From: Hamiltosporidium tvaerminnensis FI-OER-3-3
Taxonomy: Eukaryota; Fungi; Microsporidia
Direction: 5' to 3'
Assembly: GCA_022605425.2 (NCBI GenBank)
Contig: JAKIMF020000001.1
Span: 186,001 to 250,000, forward strand
Length of the DNA: 64,000 bases
Shown: positions 1-14,593 of the stretch, piece by piece
How the letters are laid out: each line of letters opens with the position of its first letter
How positions within the stretch are numbered: the first letter of the stretch is position 1
Translations under genes and position numbers: made by a program
Notes under the pieces: generated by a model
Database searches by the model: none
What the model saw: only the letters and a program-made list of their open reading frames with translations
What the model was told of the DNA's origin: nothing

Positions 1-279
1 GCTTAACTTAGTGCAAACTGATGTAATAAAACAACCTTAACATATGCTTTAGTTTGTATTACGTTATATTTAAATCGCGTTTGCATGTTTTTTTAAGTTT
101 AAACTGTTTGCTAAATAAACTAAAATATTTTAAATTGAGATTTGCTTTTTTGTGATCATTTGGTGTATTTTTTCTGGTTTACACTCAAGATTTAATATAT
201 AAGAATATAAATTTAATTTGGCTTTTTCAACATTGTTGACTCTAAGATCTTCGAAATTAAAACACGTCCGTGGGCGAAG

Positions 280-1295
280 GGTACCTTTATGGTAGTAAAT
301 TCACTTTAAAAAAACAAAAATTTAAAAAAATTTCCCTTTTAAATAAGTTTTGGTTTCAATAAATTTAGTGATTGGCTTAACTGCCATATATTAACTCTTG
401 TAGAACCAAAATTCAGTGCCTGTATTTCTTTAACAAGGTTGGTGTCAAAATCATTATTCATTTTAATTTGTACATGGTCTACATGTAAAAAGAAAGTTTT
501 GAGTTTAAAAGTACCTTGCTTGAACTCTAAAAAAAGTCCTAAAAATTTTTATAAACAGTTTGTGATTTACTTAATTACACACAAATGGGAACAATATCTT
601 CTGATCGTTATATTCTAAAAAGTTATTAGAGGCGTTAGTTAAAAAAATGAATGATAAAGCCAAAAGTAATTCGATTGCAACCAAGGAATATATTTTAGAA
701 TATGAACTTATTTTAGAAATTGACGAATCCAAATTTGGTAAGCAAAAGTAAGATAAGCCTGGGGTGTGTTGAAGGAACATCGGCTTGTAAAATAATGTTG
801 ATACCTATTTTTTATGGAACTAAAGAAACAATTACCCGCATTATAATATAACTTGTGAAGCCAAGTAGTATAATCTATACAGACTGTTGGAAACGTTATG
901 GAGATTTGTAAAAACGTTTGTATGAAATAGAAAATTACTGGCGCGTATTTATTGCTCGAATCTTGGGTGTTCATACCAACAAGATTGTGAAAAATTGATC
1001 TCACTCAAAACTTTACTCCAAATCGATGGCGAACTCAATAAAAAATTGCGTTATCTTTAATATTTGATGTTTGAAAATGTACAATGAATTATTAGAAGCG
1101 ATGCTAAGATTATTTAGCTCTTCCTAAAGCAGTTTAAAATATTCATTTCTTAAAATTATCATTATATTTTAATTTACTTTATTGTTGAGTGTCAGAATAT
1201 GTTAGTAAATTGGAAAGGTAAAGTTATAAATATAAATTTACGGGTAATTTTTTTAAATTTTTGTTTTTAATGCGAATTTAGTACCAAAAGATGCC
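280..1295 (+). mobile_element. Merlin (IS1016/ISXO2-like) DNA transposon relic with ~60 bp imperfect TIRs and a decayed DDE transposase
   Basis: Left end GGTACCTTTATGGTAGTAAATTCACTTTAAAAAAACAAAAATTTAAAAAAATTTCCC (from 280) matches the reverse complement of 1235-1295 (GGCATCTTTTGGTACTAAATTCGCATTAAAAACAAAAATTTAAAAAAATTACCC). Internal fragments in different frames read EIDESKFGKQK (716-748), LVKPSSIIYTDCWKRY (~853-899) and GVHTNKI (~968-990), which are Merlin/ISXO2 core motifs. No TSD is visible. Confidence 0.85.
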
Positions 1296-4200
1296 TCAGC
1301 TCCGAGGTCTGTTATTTTTTAAATTGTAATACGAAAATAAAATATACTTACTTTTAAGCTTGGTTTTCATTTTACTCTTGTTTGCTAAATTTGAATTTTT
1401 CCGTATTTGTATATATTTCTGTTTCGATTTCTATCCTCTCTTTATGTTTACTATTCTAAGATTTATGATTTTCGCTATTCGTAAATAAGTTTTCTGATTT
1501 TATTTAGAGTTATAAATCTCTCTGTATTGTCATAATTTCTAACGAGCAAAAAATAAATCGTACCTTTTAGAGCTGTACAAGATTTTTCATTGTAATTTTA
1601 ATTTTTATCTGTGTTTGTTAAAACACCAATTCTTTGTCGAATAAAAAAGTTAAAAATATCTTTAGATACTTTTTACCAAATAAACCCCTTAATACATAGG
1701 TGATTGCTACTTCTGGCATATACATAATGCATTGTAAAGATTATAAGCCAAAATTAAACTTAAGTGAAAATATGGAGAGAATGTTGTGATTTAATTTTCG
1801 TGATTTTGAAGAAATTCTTTTATTCTTGATTTTTCCATTCGCAAAGTTTTAAAGAGTTGGTGAGGCAAATAATTAAAAAAATATGATATCTTTCGCATTT
1901 TTGACACAAGCGAACTAGGATCTTATTTAAATATTTACATAGGTTTTACTGATGTGTACTGTTATTTAACAATGCTTTTTAAGATTTTTCTTAAGGAAAA
2001 TCATCTTATTTCGTTTTGATGAATGAAATCAACTCCATCCAGTAAAAGTAAAAATGGTATTTAAATATACCAGTATGGGCTAATGAATACATTTCTAGTA
2101 TTTTATAATATCGAGCGGCGCAATGCTTTACATTTCCTTGAGGTAAATTGTTGTTTTACCACTTTTACCCAAGAGACATTTCTGCACAGATAACAAACAA
2201 TTATTTCCTTAAGAGACTTTAAATCAAATATTTAATTGTCTCGAACACATATCAAACATATGCTCATTTTTAAAGAATTTTGCAGTGAAATGGAGAATGA
2301 TTTAATTTTGTAAAATAATTTTGCTACGAAAGCCTTTGCTAATTACTTTTTGTTCATTTCTTTCTTCAAACTATATCTTTTTACAAAAAACGTTTTGGAT
2401 ATATAAAAATTTAATTTACGTTTACCTACTTTGAAACACATTTCTTCTAGTTGATATGTCACTTCGTAATAACAATTCATGTTTTGCTGAAGCATATGTT
2501 AACTCGCTGCTCAATGCTTAGGTTGACTCTTTTAATATTTATTCAAGGAAGATTATTCAACTATTTCATAACAGCCGAAATATTTTTATATTTTTATGTA
2601 TTATTTCAAGCCTTGTAAAATTCAAGTTAAAAAGTCAACCGATTTGAATTGAAGCACTCTCATGTTTTACGATCAATGCCATTTTTTCTTAATTGCACTA
2701 TTTTTTATGAATATAATCATGTTGTTTAATTTGTTATTAGTCCTTATATTAGTTTTTCTTATATCTCTTAATTTTAATTCCGTGTTTAGTTTCTTTTGCT
2801 TCATTATATTATTTTTCACATAGGAAAACAATAGATTTTAGCATAGAATAGCAGTGTTTTCACATGTTTATTTTGTAATTAACTTCTATTTATTTATTTA
2901 TTTATAAGTTTATAACTTTTAAAAATTCATCGACTTCATCTCAAAGTCGTTCCTTAGATTTTTGTTTCGAGGAGCCTAGTATCATTAAATATCAAGAGAT
3001 TTTTCGTAAAATAAGAGATCAAATCTTTAGTTGAAGCTAATTTTCTGTATAATCACATTAACTTCACAATCAAATATCTACTTATATACAAAAAGCAAAA
3101 AAGAAAAAACTATATACTTGCAATATTACTTTTTTTTAGTTTAGATATTCGTTTTTTTAGGTTCTAATAAATCAGTTTTTAATTTCGATATAGTATAAAA
3201 GTAATTCTAGAGATCAAATATACGAAAGATCAAAGATCCGGTTTTTAAAGTAAATACGCATCTTCTTTTAAAAAAAGGTTTTTTCGAAATACCTGATCAG
3301 CCTTAAGATTGCTGATATACTGTTCCGTAAGAAAAATATTCTATGATGTCGTTTATTTCGGCCGTTTTACTTTTTACTGTCTCCGATCATTATTCGAAAA
3401 CAAATTCTACCTTTTAATTTCAGATCAAATTAATTTAGCGAAGCTTTTACTGAATTTCAACGGGTTTGCAAATGAGTGATCAGTCAATAGTCAGTACCTA
3501 GATGCAAGTCTCTCGGAATGACATTTGCTGCCCGTAGGTTCTATATTTTCGCTTGTGTGTACTTACTAACAACGAAATTTACAACTTTTTTAAATTATTC
3601 ATTTATGTTTAAACCTATGAATAAGAGTAATAAAAATCATTGGTCTCAACGCCTTTTTCCTTAGAAAAGAATTCAAAATATTAATAAATTTTTTGATATG
3701 AAAGAAAAATGAATTGAAGAATATTTATACGAATTATATTATACTCATCATACTTGGCTATTTCATTACTCCTGTTCAGTGTTGAAATTAAAAACTTTAA
3801 AGTTTTTTTCAAGATACATCTTATCTTGCCTCGTACTCGTACAGATGATTAGGAGGAAATGGTTCTTTGAAAAATCAAACGTACGGTTCGATTTTGAAGA
3901 TCGATCTACTTCCATACAATATAAGTTTAACTATGCGGAAATTTAAAAGCGCATCTGTCCAATTAATTCTGTCAAAACATTGATCTATTTGATTTGAATT
4001 TACGTAATTGTTTATCTTCTTGCAAGTTTTATATCTTAGATACGGTTTTCCTTAGTTATGTACCCCGAAAAGGCATTTAAAATTTATAAATTTTATAAAT
4101 TTAAGCCTATTTTTTCTTACTTAAAAAATCTAACTTTTCCAAGTGTTTTAAATCATATCATACCTGTACAGCGCTGTATAATACATCTAAACCACCAGAG

Positions 4201-7200
4201 ATATGCATAATACCGACCTTAAGACCAATGATGACAGCAATCGTGCTTTTACCGATTCGCTTGGAATTGTGTTCTTAGGACTACTGCTATAAATTTCATG
4301 TCATAATTTTTTTTGGTTTAAAATTTATTTATTTCTATGCTTTTTTTGTAGATAGATCTGTTAGAAAAAATGCGGCAATGAAGCAAGAGATGTATTCTAT
4401 GCCGCCTTTCTTGTATTTTCTCATATATTGATTACTATTTCGATACAAACTAACCATTGGGCCATGAATATGTGATTCGCATAAAAAACTTCTTTATTGT
4501 ACTTTCTGTAACTCAATTTTTTCTTAATTCATTGTATTTTCACGAGAATCTCGCTAGGCTTTGTTGCTCTAAAAAAAGGTTTAACCTGAACGTAACAAAA
4601 TTGTCTTGTTGTCTTCTGGAAAGACGCAATATCGAGATTCGCAATGATATGAAAAGCTGTATGCAAGACACTGCGATCAAAAAAACAATATTGGATTTCA
4701 AGCAGACGAATAGGCTGTTCTAAAAATTCTTGCTTAGAAGAAAGGGTATGCTATTTACATGAGCGAAATATGAACAATTATAATACATTTTTATATTTTT
4801 ATTACCGTAGACAAAAGACTCTTTCTGCTTTGATCTCGAATTTAAGTTTCATTCGGATCTTGAGTTTTTAAATTTTCACATTTAAATTTTTTCTGTCTAC
4901 CTATTTTGTTTTAATTACATGATGTTTTATTGTGTTTCTTACTGAACAACATTTAGATTTAATATCGTAATTGAAGATCTTTACGACTTAAAAATTGGGC
5001 TTTTCTTAATATCAAGCCATAAAAATCGAACATTATATATCGATCTTTTCGATGAGGCACAAGTATATATTTTAAATATGAATAATTATATTCTTTCAAA
5101 ACACAATAACGATTTACAACAATCTCCGCGATCCTTCGAGTATATTTTTGTTTTTGCGACAAAAAAAACATTTATTCTTCATGAGTCGTAGGATTTGAAA
5201 CGTGAAAGAATCATCTTATTTTTTGACTGTAATTATTTGATTTTTAACAAGAGTATATATGAAATTTCTTTTACGTTTGAGTAAATTTTAACATTTAAAA
5301 TAAGAAAATTTGTTTATATCTACGGGTCTTAAATAAAAGGTTATTGCTAAACTTATTTCTATAAACATACAATGACTCGGTCATTCCCTTATAGATGTTT
5401 TCTTCTTTATAAATATTATTCTGTTTTGACATATCTTTTAAATTAGACATATAATAGACAAGTAAGATTTTTTGCACAGTTCACTGAATCCGTATTTATT
5501 ATGTGAGAAAATCTTGTTTTAAAATTTATTATCTGTTTAAATAAAATATAATCTTTGAAAACCGAATTATAAACATGTGTAAATTGAAAAATATGTTGAT
5601 GATCTATATTGTTATTAAATATATTAAAAAGTGTTTTAATTTATCAGAAAAATAGAATAATTATTTATCTATTCACTTCACCAAGCTGTTTTTGGCATCC
5701 ATTTTAAGTTTGAAAACCTTTGATTCAATATATTAATAAACAGCAATTTTTCAAGTCAAAAATAAAGTTATCAAATTAAAAAAACTAATCATTCTTCTTT
5801 CTTCCAATAATTGTTAACTATATACTTCACATCGAAGTTTTGGGATATAAAATTCTATTAAACCTAATACAATGATACAAAAATCTTTCAAAAAATAATC
5901 ATATAATTATTTATGATTGCACCTGTAGATTTATATATCAATTTGACCAATCAATGTTAATTTTTGGATTATAAAAGCCGGGTTTTTCAAACAAACCGAT
6001 TATTAAAATTCTTGAGATATGATTATCCCAATAAAGCACCTAAGCAGTCCATGTGTTTAGGAAAAGGAAATTCACAATAAATTGTTTCTTTTAGCGTGTC
6101 ATTTTGGGGTTTTTTGGAGAAAATTTTTATGAATATTTTTTGAGTTCAGCATTTGAAATTCTAAATTTTTTTTTCGAATGATCCTTTATATAGTTTAGTA
6201 ATTTTCCACAACAACGTCAACTCACCTTGAAATGTTTAATTGGTAAAAAAATACAAGACTCAATGAGAATGCTCTGAATGGACATGAATCTTTTTATTTG
6301 TTCATAAATCGTAAAAAATCAATAATAATGTGCAGAAGTATAACATGAAACAAGTAGAAAGATTTTAATGGTTCAAAGCATAATTTAAATAAATATTATA
6401 AATTTTCTTTTTATACTAAGTAAGTAACTACAACACTACAATATATTTTTTTAATTTTCCTCGGGTTTTCATTTTTAATTAATTTAATTCGTTGCTTCAT
6501 GTTTTTTTCATAGAATTTACAATTACATAGCAATTGTAGGAGAAGATTAGTTCTTTTTTGCCATAAATTTGTGCAATATATTTTTATTATCAATAATAGT
6601 TGCATAAAAAATTTTTGCTTGAATAGATCATGAAGATTTATACATGATTAAATATCTGATTTCGATAAGGATAACTAGAGAGCTATACAAAAAAATTAAC
6701 CAATATAGCATATTGTTAAAAAAAACAGTTTATTTAGAGAAAAACTCTTCATATGAATAAATTCTAGCAAAATCAAGCGGATGTCATGAACATAGATGCG
6801 GTTCTTAATCATTCCAGAACAAAACAATCGGTTAAAACTACTAGAAATTTGGAAACAAATAAAACAGATTTAGAAAAACTATGATATGTAAATAAATATT
6901 GCATTTTACTTTGAATTCGCCAAGAGCGGCGAAAATGTGGATATAAAAGTCTAAAAACATATACAAGTAGAAAGATTAAGCGAGTTATAAAAGCCTAAAA
7001 AGTATCTAAAACACCTATGGCCGAAATAATGATGTTTAAGATAATACTCCAATCTATTTATATTTTTCCTGATGTAAAATTAGGTGCGCTTCTATGAGCT
7101 CATCAGCTAGTAAATTAATCTAGCAAGAAAATTTTTGTTCAAACAAAAGTCAATTTTTGAAATCTATAATTTACTCTCAAAATGAAAGGCCGAACACATT

Positions 7201-8309
7201 ATTCCTCATATATACTGCCTCAAAATATTTTGTTGTTTTATTCTCTTGCAATAAAATCTTTTCTGTTTACTTGCCGCTTTTTTATATCATAAACCCATTT
7301 CTGACTATGAAATCTTAGGATTCAAAATCCATTAGAAATTCTGTAAATATTAGTACCGCTAAACGTTCTAAAAAGTTTGAGAAAGCCAAAGAGCAATAAA
7401 CTCAACAGCAAGAATATCATAAACGTTTAAAAAAGCTAGAATATAGAATTTTTATGGTTTTTAATTTCCTCACATGGGCTACAGTGGCACAATATATTCT
7501 TCAATACAATTCAAAAAGTCACAAACATTCGTTTCATTTTGTTAATATGTGCTTCAAAATAATTAGCTTACAAAAATATGAGTAAAATAGCACCAAAAAA
7601 CCTCGAAGGCTAATAACTATGGTATTTGTCTTTAACTTTTTAACCCAAGGTGAGAAATCTATGGCCATGGTTTTACTACTCTGTTATTGATCAGGTTGTT
7701 TGTTTTATTGCAAGATTTAAATAAATGCTGACCATTTAAATCGATAGACATGAAATTCTACTTAATAATAATAGTAGACAATGATTCATATGTTGCTTCA
7801 CATATTCTATACATTTTTTATTAACTGTTTTTTCATATAAAAAGAGTAAATGAACGACCATTGATTTCGTATTTTTTTTCAGAATTTTTATCAATTAAAT
7901 TTTTAAAATGATTGCTGAGATTAAATTTAGCAATATTATTCAATAAAATGGTTTTCTAAATCGAATTCAGACAAATTTTTTGCTGTTTCATATTGATTAC
8001 ATATTAAAAAAGAAATTATAAAACTTCAATTTGTTTATCCTCGACACCAAGACGTACAACGATGAATAGAATTAGTAAGTGATGAAATGATGACATCTGT
8101 TTTCCTTGCTTATTTAGGCAAGAACAGCAGAAAACCGAGCAAACAAATCCAAGTGATCTACCGAAAAGTCGACTCTAAATACAATGAGAAAAGGCATAAT
8201 AAATACTGGCTTTAAAACAACCTTTTTAAATTTAGGTCTATTTTGAAATATGGAACCTGAAAATTTTCATAACTAAAGTATTAGAATTCTATTAGATATG
8301 TTTATGTCG

Positions 8310-8965
8310 AAGAAGAATAACCACATAAAAAACTATTCACTTGACAAAGAGTTTGTGAAATTCCTATAGGTCATCTTTTAGAGTTTAGTCGGAATAAACA
8401 ACACTACAAATTCTGGTTTTCCATGAGAGTTTTTATCTGGAGACCTTCGGAATGACGAAACCTTTCCTAAAACCTATTTTTTTAACTCTTATTTGAACTA
8501 GATCGTAGACCGCAGCTGAAGTTTTATTTAATTTTTGTAAAAGCATAGAAAATTAAAATTTTTCAGGTCGGGTTGGATGACTAGGCGTCTAGGACATACC
8601 AATCCTAAACCCCTTTAAAACAGGAAAGTTAAGTAGTAGGGTATATCTGTCGTTATGACATTGTTCTGTGGTATGATCCTATGTAAGTCGCTGAGACATA
8701 TCTTAGCTAGAAGTTGATAAAGTTCAGAAAGGGTAGAGCGCGTGAGAAAGTTGTATAGTCTTCAGGATGCCCGGCGGATGTTTGAATCTACGATCAAACT
8801 CTATGCAACAAACATTAACTCATACAGTGCAACTTACCTGAATATCGGCTGGCCTTCTTATAACTCCTGGATAAAAAGCTTCGGAAGTTGCTGATGCAAA
8901 AAAATACCGATGTAATGCCAGATACCAGTATCTATGTTAAAACTAGAACAATGCAATCTTATGAA
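8310..8965 (+). repeat. Dispersed repeat A, copy 1 (diverged homologue of 25085-25750)
   Basis: Colinear shared blocks: ATAACCACATAAAAAACT, TATGACATTG, ATGTAAGTC...CTTAGCTAGAAGTT, GTTCAGAAAG, ACATTAAC, TATGTTAAA.CTAGAACA. More GC-rich than the flanks. Confidence 0.8.
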
Positions 8966-9500
8966 AAAAAAATTTATGCGAATTTATTAAAAGGATATGA
9001 TATTAATACTAAGGCTTTTGGGCATTATCATTTTTAAAAAAATATTTTTAGCCTAAAAAATATTTAGGAGATAAATTAAATCCAAAAGTCAAAGAAATAT
9101 TCTAATATTAGGCTATATATTTAATCAATCTCTGTTTACAAGAAAAAAATAGGCATTGATAACTTGTTTAATATGAAATTCTGATAAATAATATAATAAC
9201 AGATTTATATAAAATTTTGTTTATTTGCAATTAAAATGTCTAAAAATATAAATAACAGATTCAAAATATTTTTTTAAAAAACACCAATGCTAGAATATTC
9301 CACTCTCTTTTAATTATCAATTGATACCAAAATAATGAATTAATTAGAAAAATATATTTTTACTAATAAAAAATTTACCTCCTTTAACAATCATCCCCTT
9401 TAAGCTAAACCAATCATTGGCTTAATTTATCAAATATTTAACCAATAAATTGAAGATAGGTAAATTTAAAAATAAAAAATACTAAAATAATTAAAATCAG

Positions 9501-10289
9501 ATGGATTTGTTAAAAAGAAAGAAATCAAAACATAGGATAATTACCTTCACACTCCATACTATTTTACTTGCATATCTTATTTTATATTGTTTATGTTACC
9601 GAATATCACTTTTAAAAAAAGTAAGAATATACTTTTTTGGTTTTGTTTCACTTATTTCTCTACTGAAAACATATTTGAGTAATCCTGGATTTATAATAAA
9701 AAATAAAGAAAAAAAATATGACAAATCCGTTCTATTTCTCGGAACAAACACGCTTATAAACATTACTTCGGAGTATAAAATGCCGTTTTGTCGTGAAATT
9801 GTACTTGATGGATTTGTATTCACGGAAATGTTTTGTATAGAATGTAATATTTTTAAAAATAGAAGTATTTCGCACTGTAATGTATGCGATAGGTGTGTAA
9901 TGGAACGTGATCATCACTGTCCTTGGATAGATAACTGCATTGGAGCAGCTAATTTTAAATACTTTATCATTTCTATATATACTACAACCACATGTTTATA
10001 CTTCACAACCGAATCTACATATAGAATGATTTATTCTGCATTTATACCTTCATTTATTCTTCCATTGATATTTATATTTACTTTAATTTTTTCTTTGGCT
10101 TTTATAATATTTGTTGCGTTATCTTTTTACTATACAATGCTTATTTTCTGTAATACTACTGCCATTCAATATATCAAAAACGGATTTTCTTATTCAAAAA
10201 TAAATCCGAAAGAATTTCTTAGATTTTTTTGTACTTTTAATACATCTTATATAGAATCTACTCCTGGTACCAAAACTATTCCTGTTTGA
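9501..10289 (+). CDS. DHHC zinc-finger palmitoyltransferase (262 aa)
   Basis: Motif C..C...K.RSISHCNVCDRCVMERDHHCPWIDNCIGAANFKYF, upstream NPG motif, 2+2 hydrophobic TM segments, NTT motif after TM4. Confidence 0.95.
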   Translation: MDLLKRKKSKHRIITFTLHTILLAYLILYCLCYRISLLKKVRIYFFGFVSLISLLKTYLSNPGFIIKNKEKKYDKSVLFLGTNTLINITSEYKMPFCREIVLDGFVFTEMFCIECNIFKNRSISHCNVCDRCVMERDHHCPWIDNCIGAANFKYFIISIYTTTTCLYFTTESTYRMIYSAFIPSFILPLIFIFTLIFSLAFIIFVALSFYYTMLIFCNTTAIQYIKNGFSYSKINPKEFLRFFCTFNTSYIESTPGTKTIPV

Positions 10290-10859
10290 GATACAAAGCA
10301 AAGTACGAAACTTTCTAAACCAAAATGACCAGTACGATTTTTTTTCATATTATATTAATTAATTTACCATATTTACAAGGAATACTAATTGTAGAAATTT
10401 TGACTGGAACATCTTAAATAAATTATGAGAGTTTCTGATAGTGAATATCTCGATATCTCATTTGATTGGTTTGGTTTTTGAACAAAATATAGTAGCGATA
10501 TAATTACAAATAATATATTTATATTGTTTTTATAGAAACAACAGAAAAATTCAATCAAATTGTAGAAAAAAAAACTGTTTTAATGATATAGTGTATAATA
10601 GATATGTTTTATTGAGCAAACTATAATTAAAATTTGACATAAATATTAAAGTTTAATTTCAAAATTATTTATTTTGTGTAATATATAATACTAGACATTA
10701 AGCTGATAGAAACAAACTTTCCTTTACATTCAAAAGAAAAAAATGCCGAAAATAATCTTAAACTCACTAACTGGGCTTGTTTCTCAACATTTTAAATAAG
10801 AATTTCTTATGCCTAACTGGTCTGCTTCTCTAATATTTTTTAATCATTTATTTCCAAAT

Positions 10860-11100
10860 TATTACCTGCTTTGAGCAATTTTCCAATAAAAATTTAGGCT
10901 TTTTTAACTTGCATATTTCTCATCTTCTATTATATTTACTTTCAATTTTAGAACTTCAACTCGGTTTCAATATTCAGTCTGTTCACTTAATTTATTCAAT
11001 TCTGTCTTTTTTCTCAAAGAAATGCATCCAGATGAAGAAGTTTCTTTGTCTGAAAATACTGTTCTTTTAACTATAGCTATTGGTTAATTTATTCATTGTA
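10860..11100. repeat. Dispersed repeat C, copy 1 (homologous to 24825-25075)
   Basis: TTTGAGCAATTT.CCAATAAAAATT.AGG.TTTTTTAACTTGCATATTTCTC.TCTTCT.TTATATTTACT and CTGTTCACTTA are shared, in the same orientation, with ~24833-24952. Confidence 0.8.
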
Positions 11101-13834
11101 TAAATTCTTAGTCATCGTTATAAAAAAATCGTTTAATTTAATCAAGTATAAAGTTCCACGAAGCCATTCAGCAAAATCATTTTCTAGAATTATTATGAAG
11201 AATATAAATATATTACACGAAATAATGATATAAAGCATCCATCCTATTATTCAATTTTATAAAGAATTGTAAATTCTCAGAAAATAAATCTCAACCAAGT
11301 GATTTAATTTTTTTTTTCAAACAGAATACTTTAGAAAAATGAAAAAAAATTACATCCATTCATTTCTCTTTCCATATTTATATAGTCTAGGAATGATTTT
11401 TACAATTTTTATTGCTAATATTTTTTTGAAACCAATAGAATTTATAAATTGTTTTATGTTCACTTCTACTCACTATTATTCGTTGCATAAGATTTATGAA
11501 CAAATAGAAAGAGACATATCTTAATTGAGCCACTCTTGTTAGTGTCTTGTAGGGGTTTAACCAATTAAACATTTCGAGGTGAGTCGTCGTCGAAACATTA
11601 CTAAATTATATAAATGATTTGGATAATTTAAATTGTTTAGGACACTTATATAATCAATAAATATGTTATTTAATAACTGAAACGTCATTTTATAACGTCG
11701 CATACGTTAGGTTGTTTTTATTACATTACCACTGTTTTTGGTTTCAGATATAAAACTGCTATCTAACCTTTTATCAGTACCTCTTAAGAGTCTAAACTTC
11801 AATGTATTTTATCTAAAAGGTGTTAAAACCCATTTTATAGGCTTGGTAATTATCCACATTTCGTTAATGTTGGTTGAATTGTGTGTGCTTGTAGATAGAA
11901 GTCCGCCTTAAGCACCAAGGTAAGCAACATTCCCAGACATCTTAACCCTTTGTCAACAACCATCAGTTAAAATATATCTTGGCGACCTTCATTAAGCTCA
12001 CTGAAACGTTCCAATTCCATACAAAGTTATAACAGCCTATTTAGCTTTCCTTAGGTTTAAAAGGTATGTTTTCTTTATCTCACAGGTGCTTAGTCGCCTT
12101 ATACTTGTGAGTAAGACTAAGTTTCCATGCTTTTATTTGGGAACTACTTACAATTTATGTCGAAGTTTCCAATCTAGTTACAGGCAAAACTGTAAACCTC
12201 TTTGGAAATTATTTTTGGCGTTTTTTAGATTTACCCCGTCATATAATTTTTCTATGGCGCAAAGAAAGTTTAGTGTTGGTTCCTTCCCATTTAAAATCAA
12301 AAAAATGATCTTCTCATTATTTTTTGCCTTACATTGCCAAATTAGGGGTTTTAAATGTGATTATTTTTTATCTTCATTTGTCATACTAAATACCTATCTA
12401 AAACTTGTTTTATTATTCCCGTTTCTGCAATTGCTAAAGAATAAAAATTTAGGAAAATAATAAATCTAAACGACACAATAAAATTTTTAATTTTAATAAT
12501 ATTTGTGTATTTATCCGAGTATTTTTGAATATAAAATATTCTATGTTTTTTTGTATTGTGTGTATACGAATAAATCGGAATATTTTCTTGTCTGTAAAGT
12601 AGCATCCTAGAGCTGCTTATTTTTGAAACACACTTATCGAATCTATTCTTCTCACTTGCAGTTATTATTCATTTGCTATGTACATTATAATTGCAAAATA
12701 GAATCGCAATGATAACAGTTAACTTTAAATTCTTATCGCATATTTGTTAGAACCATTTAAATTTGTGATAACAAAACGCATCTAATTTGAATTTGTCATT
12801 TGAAATTGTGGCATATATCATATTTTATAATTTTTTTTATTGATAGCCTCAGGCTGTTACAACGTTGTTATAAATTTATGCTTCGCAAATAGAATAATAC
12901 TCAATCTAATTTTCAATATTTAGATTGTTTGCGACTAATTAGCAAATTCATCAAATTCGGGAAATTATGTTAAGCAATCTACAACAGCGTCTTAATTCAT
13001 TACGGTAATTATAGACTTATATTTTGTCGCCTCGCCTGTTATCTAATGTTGAATTGTCGAATTCGTTGCATTCACATATTTATTGGTAGTGGTTTATATG
13101 GCACATGCCTCAATATATCGATTATTTATATACTTCCGGTTATTTGATGAAAACATTTCGAAGCAATTTATCTTTGGTGTATGTTACCTTAAACGTCTTG
13201 CTGGAAATGTAAAACTTTGTAGATCAATGGACACCTACAATACTTTTCTCAATATGTAGCAAATGTTTTGTTAAACGTAGGCGATGTATCATTTTGTAGT
13301 TGAACACGCGAATTCGTTTCCATAGTCAATTTCTTTACATACGCCATAAAACTGATATTTGAAACACACATTTACTTTATCAGCCAGTGTTGAACGTGAA
13401 ATGACAGACATATTTTGACAAAATTAGGGAAACGAATAAATTGGTGATTTCCGAACGACCGTGCATTTTATCTCAAATCCGCTAATGTACGATCAAGCCC
13501 TTTCAATTTTTTTGTGCATCGCTATGCTTTGTATGGAATAAGTTTATCTATTTAGAAAATCTTGGTGTGTTTGTAACTTTCTGTGATGTTGCCTGTTAGC
13601 GTTTCCCTAGTTTGCAAATTTAAGGCCAAATGAACTGTTTGACTACCATCAAAAGGAATTCCATCAGTTTCAGAAGAAACAAGGGAGTAGATTGAATATA
13701 GAAATGAATGGCACCTCTTGATTCAGACTTCTATTTTATTGCCATCAGTTTAAACTAATTATAATCTTAAAGACAACCTCTTCCTTGTTTTTTTCTTTAG
13801 GTCATCAGACTTTGATTTACTTCATTCTACATTA

Positions 13835-14030
13835 AAAACCCTTTAGCTTTGCTAATTTCGTTCAAAACACCCTTTAATCAACTACCATATATGTTACCAC
13901 CCTTTAACCTACTACTCATAGTATTTAAAACCCCTTTAAATCATAAACTCTTATTATCACATTTTAATAAGAATACACCAATAAAACTCTTTAGTTAACA
14001 TACCATTATAATTTAAAACAAACCCTGTTA
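13835..14030. repeat. Non-coding C-rich patch of AAA(AC)ACCCCTTTA-like words
   Basis: AAAAACCCTTTA, AAACACCCCTTTAA, CCACCCTTTAA, AAAACCCCTTTAA and AAACCCTGTTA clustered within ~200 bp. Confidence 0.55.
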
Positions 14031-14578
14031 TATATAAAAAGCCGTTCTATTGACAATCATAATTCATTTAAATAAATTCATGTATGTAATTAAGTAAAGA
14101 TAAATGAAATAAAAAATCACTTAGAAATAATTGGATTTTATAAAAATTTATTTTGTTTAAATTTGATCACAATTTTAAATTTTAGAATTCTGTTTTTTTA
14201 AAAAAAAAATCATTTGCTTTTTATAGAAAGTTAATTTTCTAATTTTGTAAAAACAATAACTACTCGAATAATGATTATTTCTTATTCGATTATTATTGTG
14301 ATTATAATTTCGGTCGCTAATTTTAATTGATTATTAATTTAATTCTTTAAAAATTTCCGTTACCAGATTTACTAATCAAAATTTTTTGTAACTAAATAAA
14401 AAAATTTATAAAAATATCAATATTAATTTACTTAGTTTGAAATTCGTGATCAATTAAACAAAATATTTGATTTTTTTAAATTGAAAAATCGAACATCTGC
14501 AATTAAAGCAAATTTTATATTCATTTATCTATTTTGGGTAAATTAGAACAAAAAAAAATATTTATATATTTCTAAATT

Positions 14579-14593
14579 TCGAAATTATAAAAA
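14579..14593 (+). promoter_or_regulatory. Family-specific start-proximal motif TCGAAATTATAAAAA-ATG
   Basis: The same word precedes the ATG of the paralogues at 29343 (TCGAATTCTAAAAA-ATG) and 46923 (TCGAAATTGTAAAAAA-ATG). Confidence 0.6.

Noticed and set aside
1400-8000. Short ORFs and possible LRR-like or other gene-family remnants (also ~22000-24700, 26400-27050, 29400-33800, 37600-39900)
   Set aside because: AT-rich and stop-riddled; no motif I can identify with confidence, though they are probably decayed genes or TEs.
11530-13750. Moderately GC-richer stretch that may be a TE (Helitron or retroelement) relic
   Set aside because: No diagnostic motif or termini recognised; needs a translated search.
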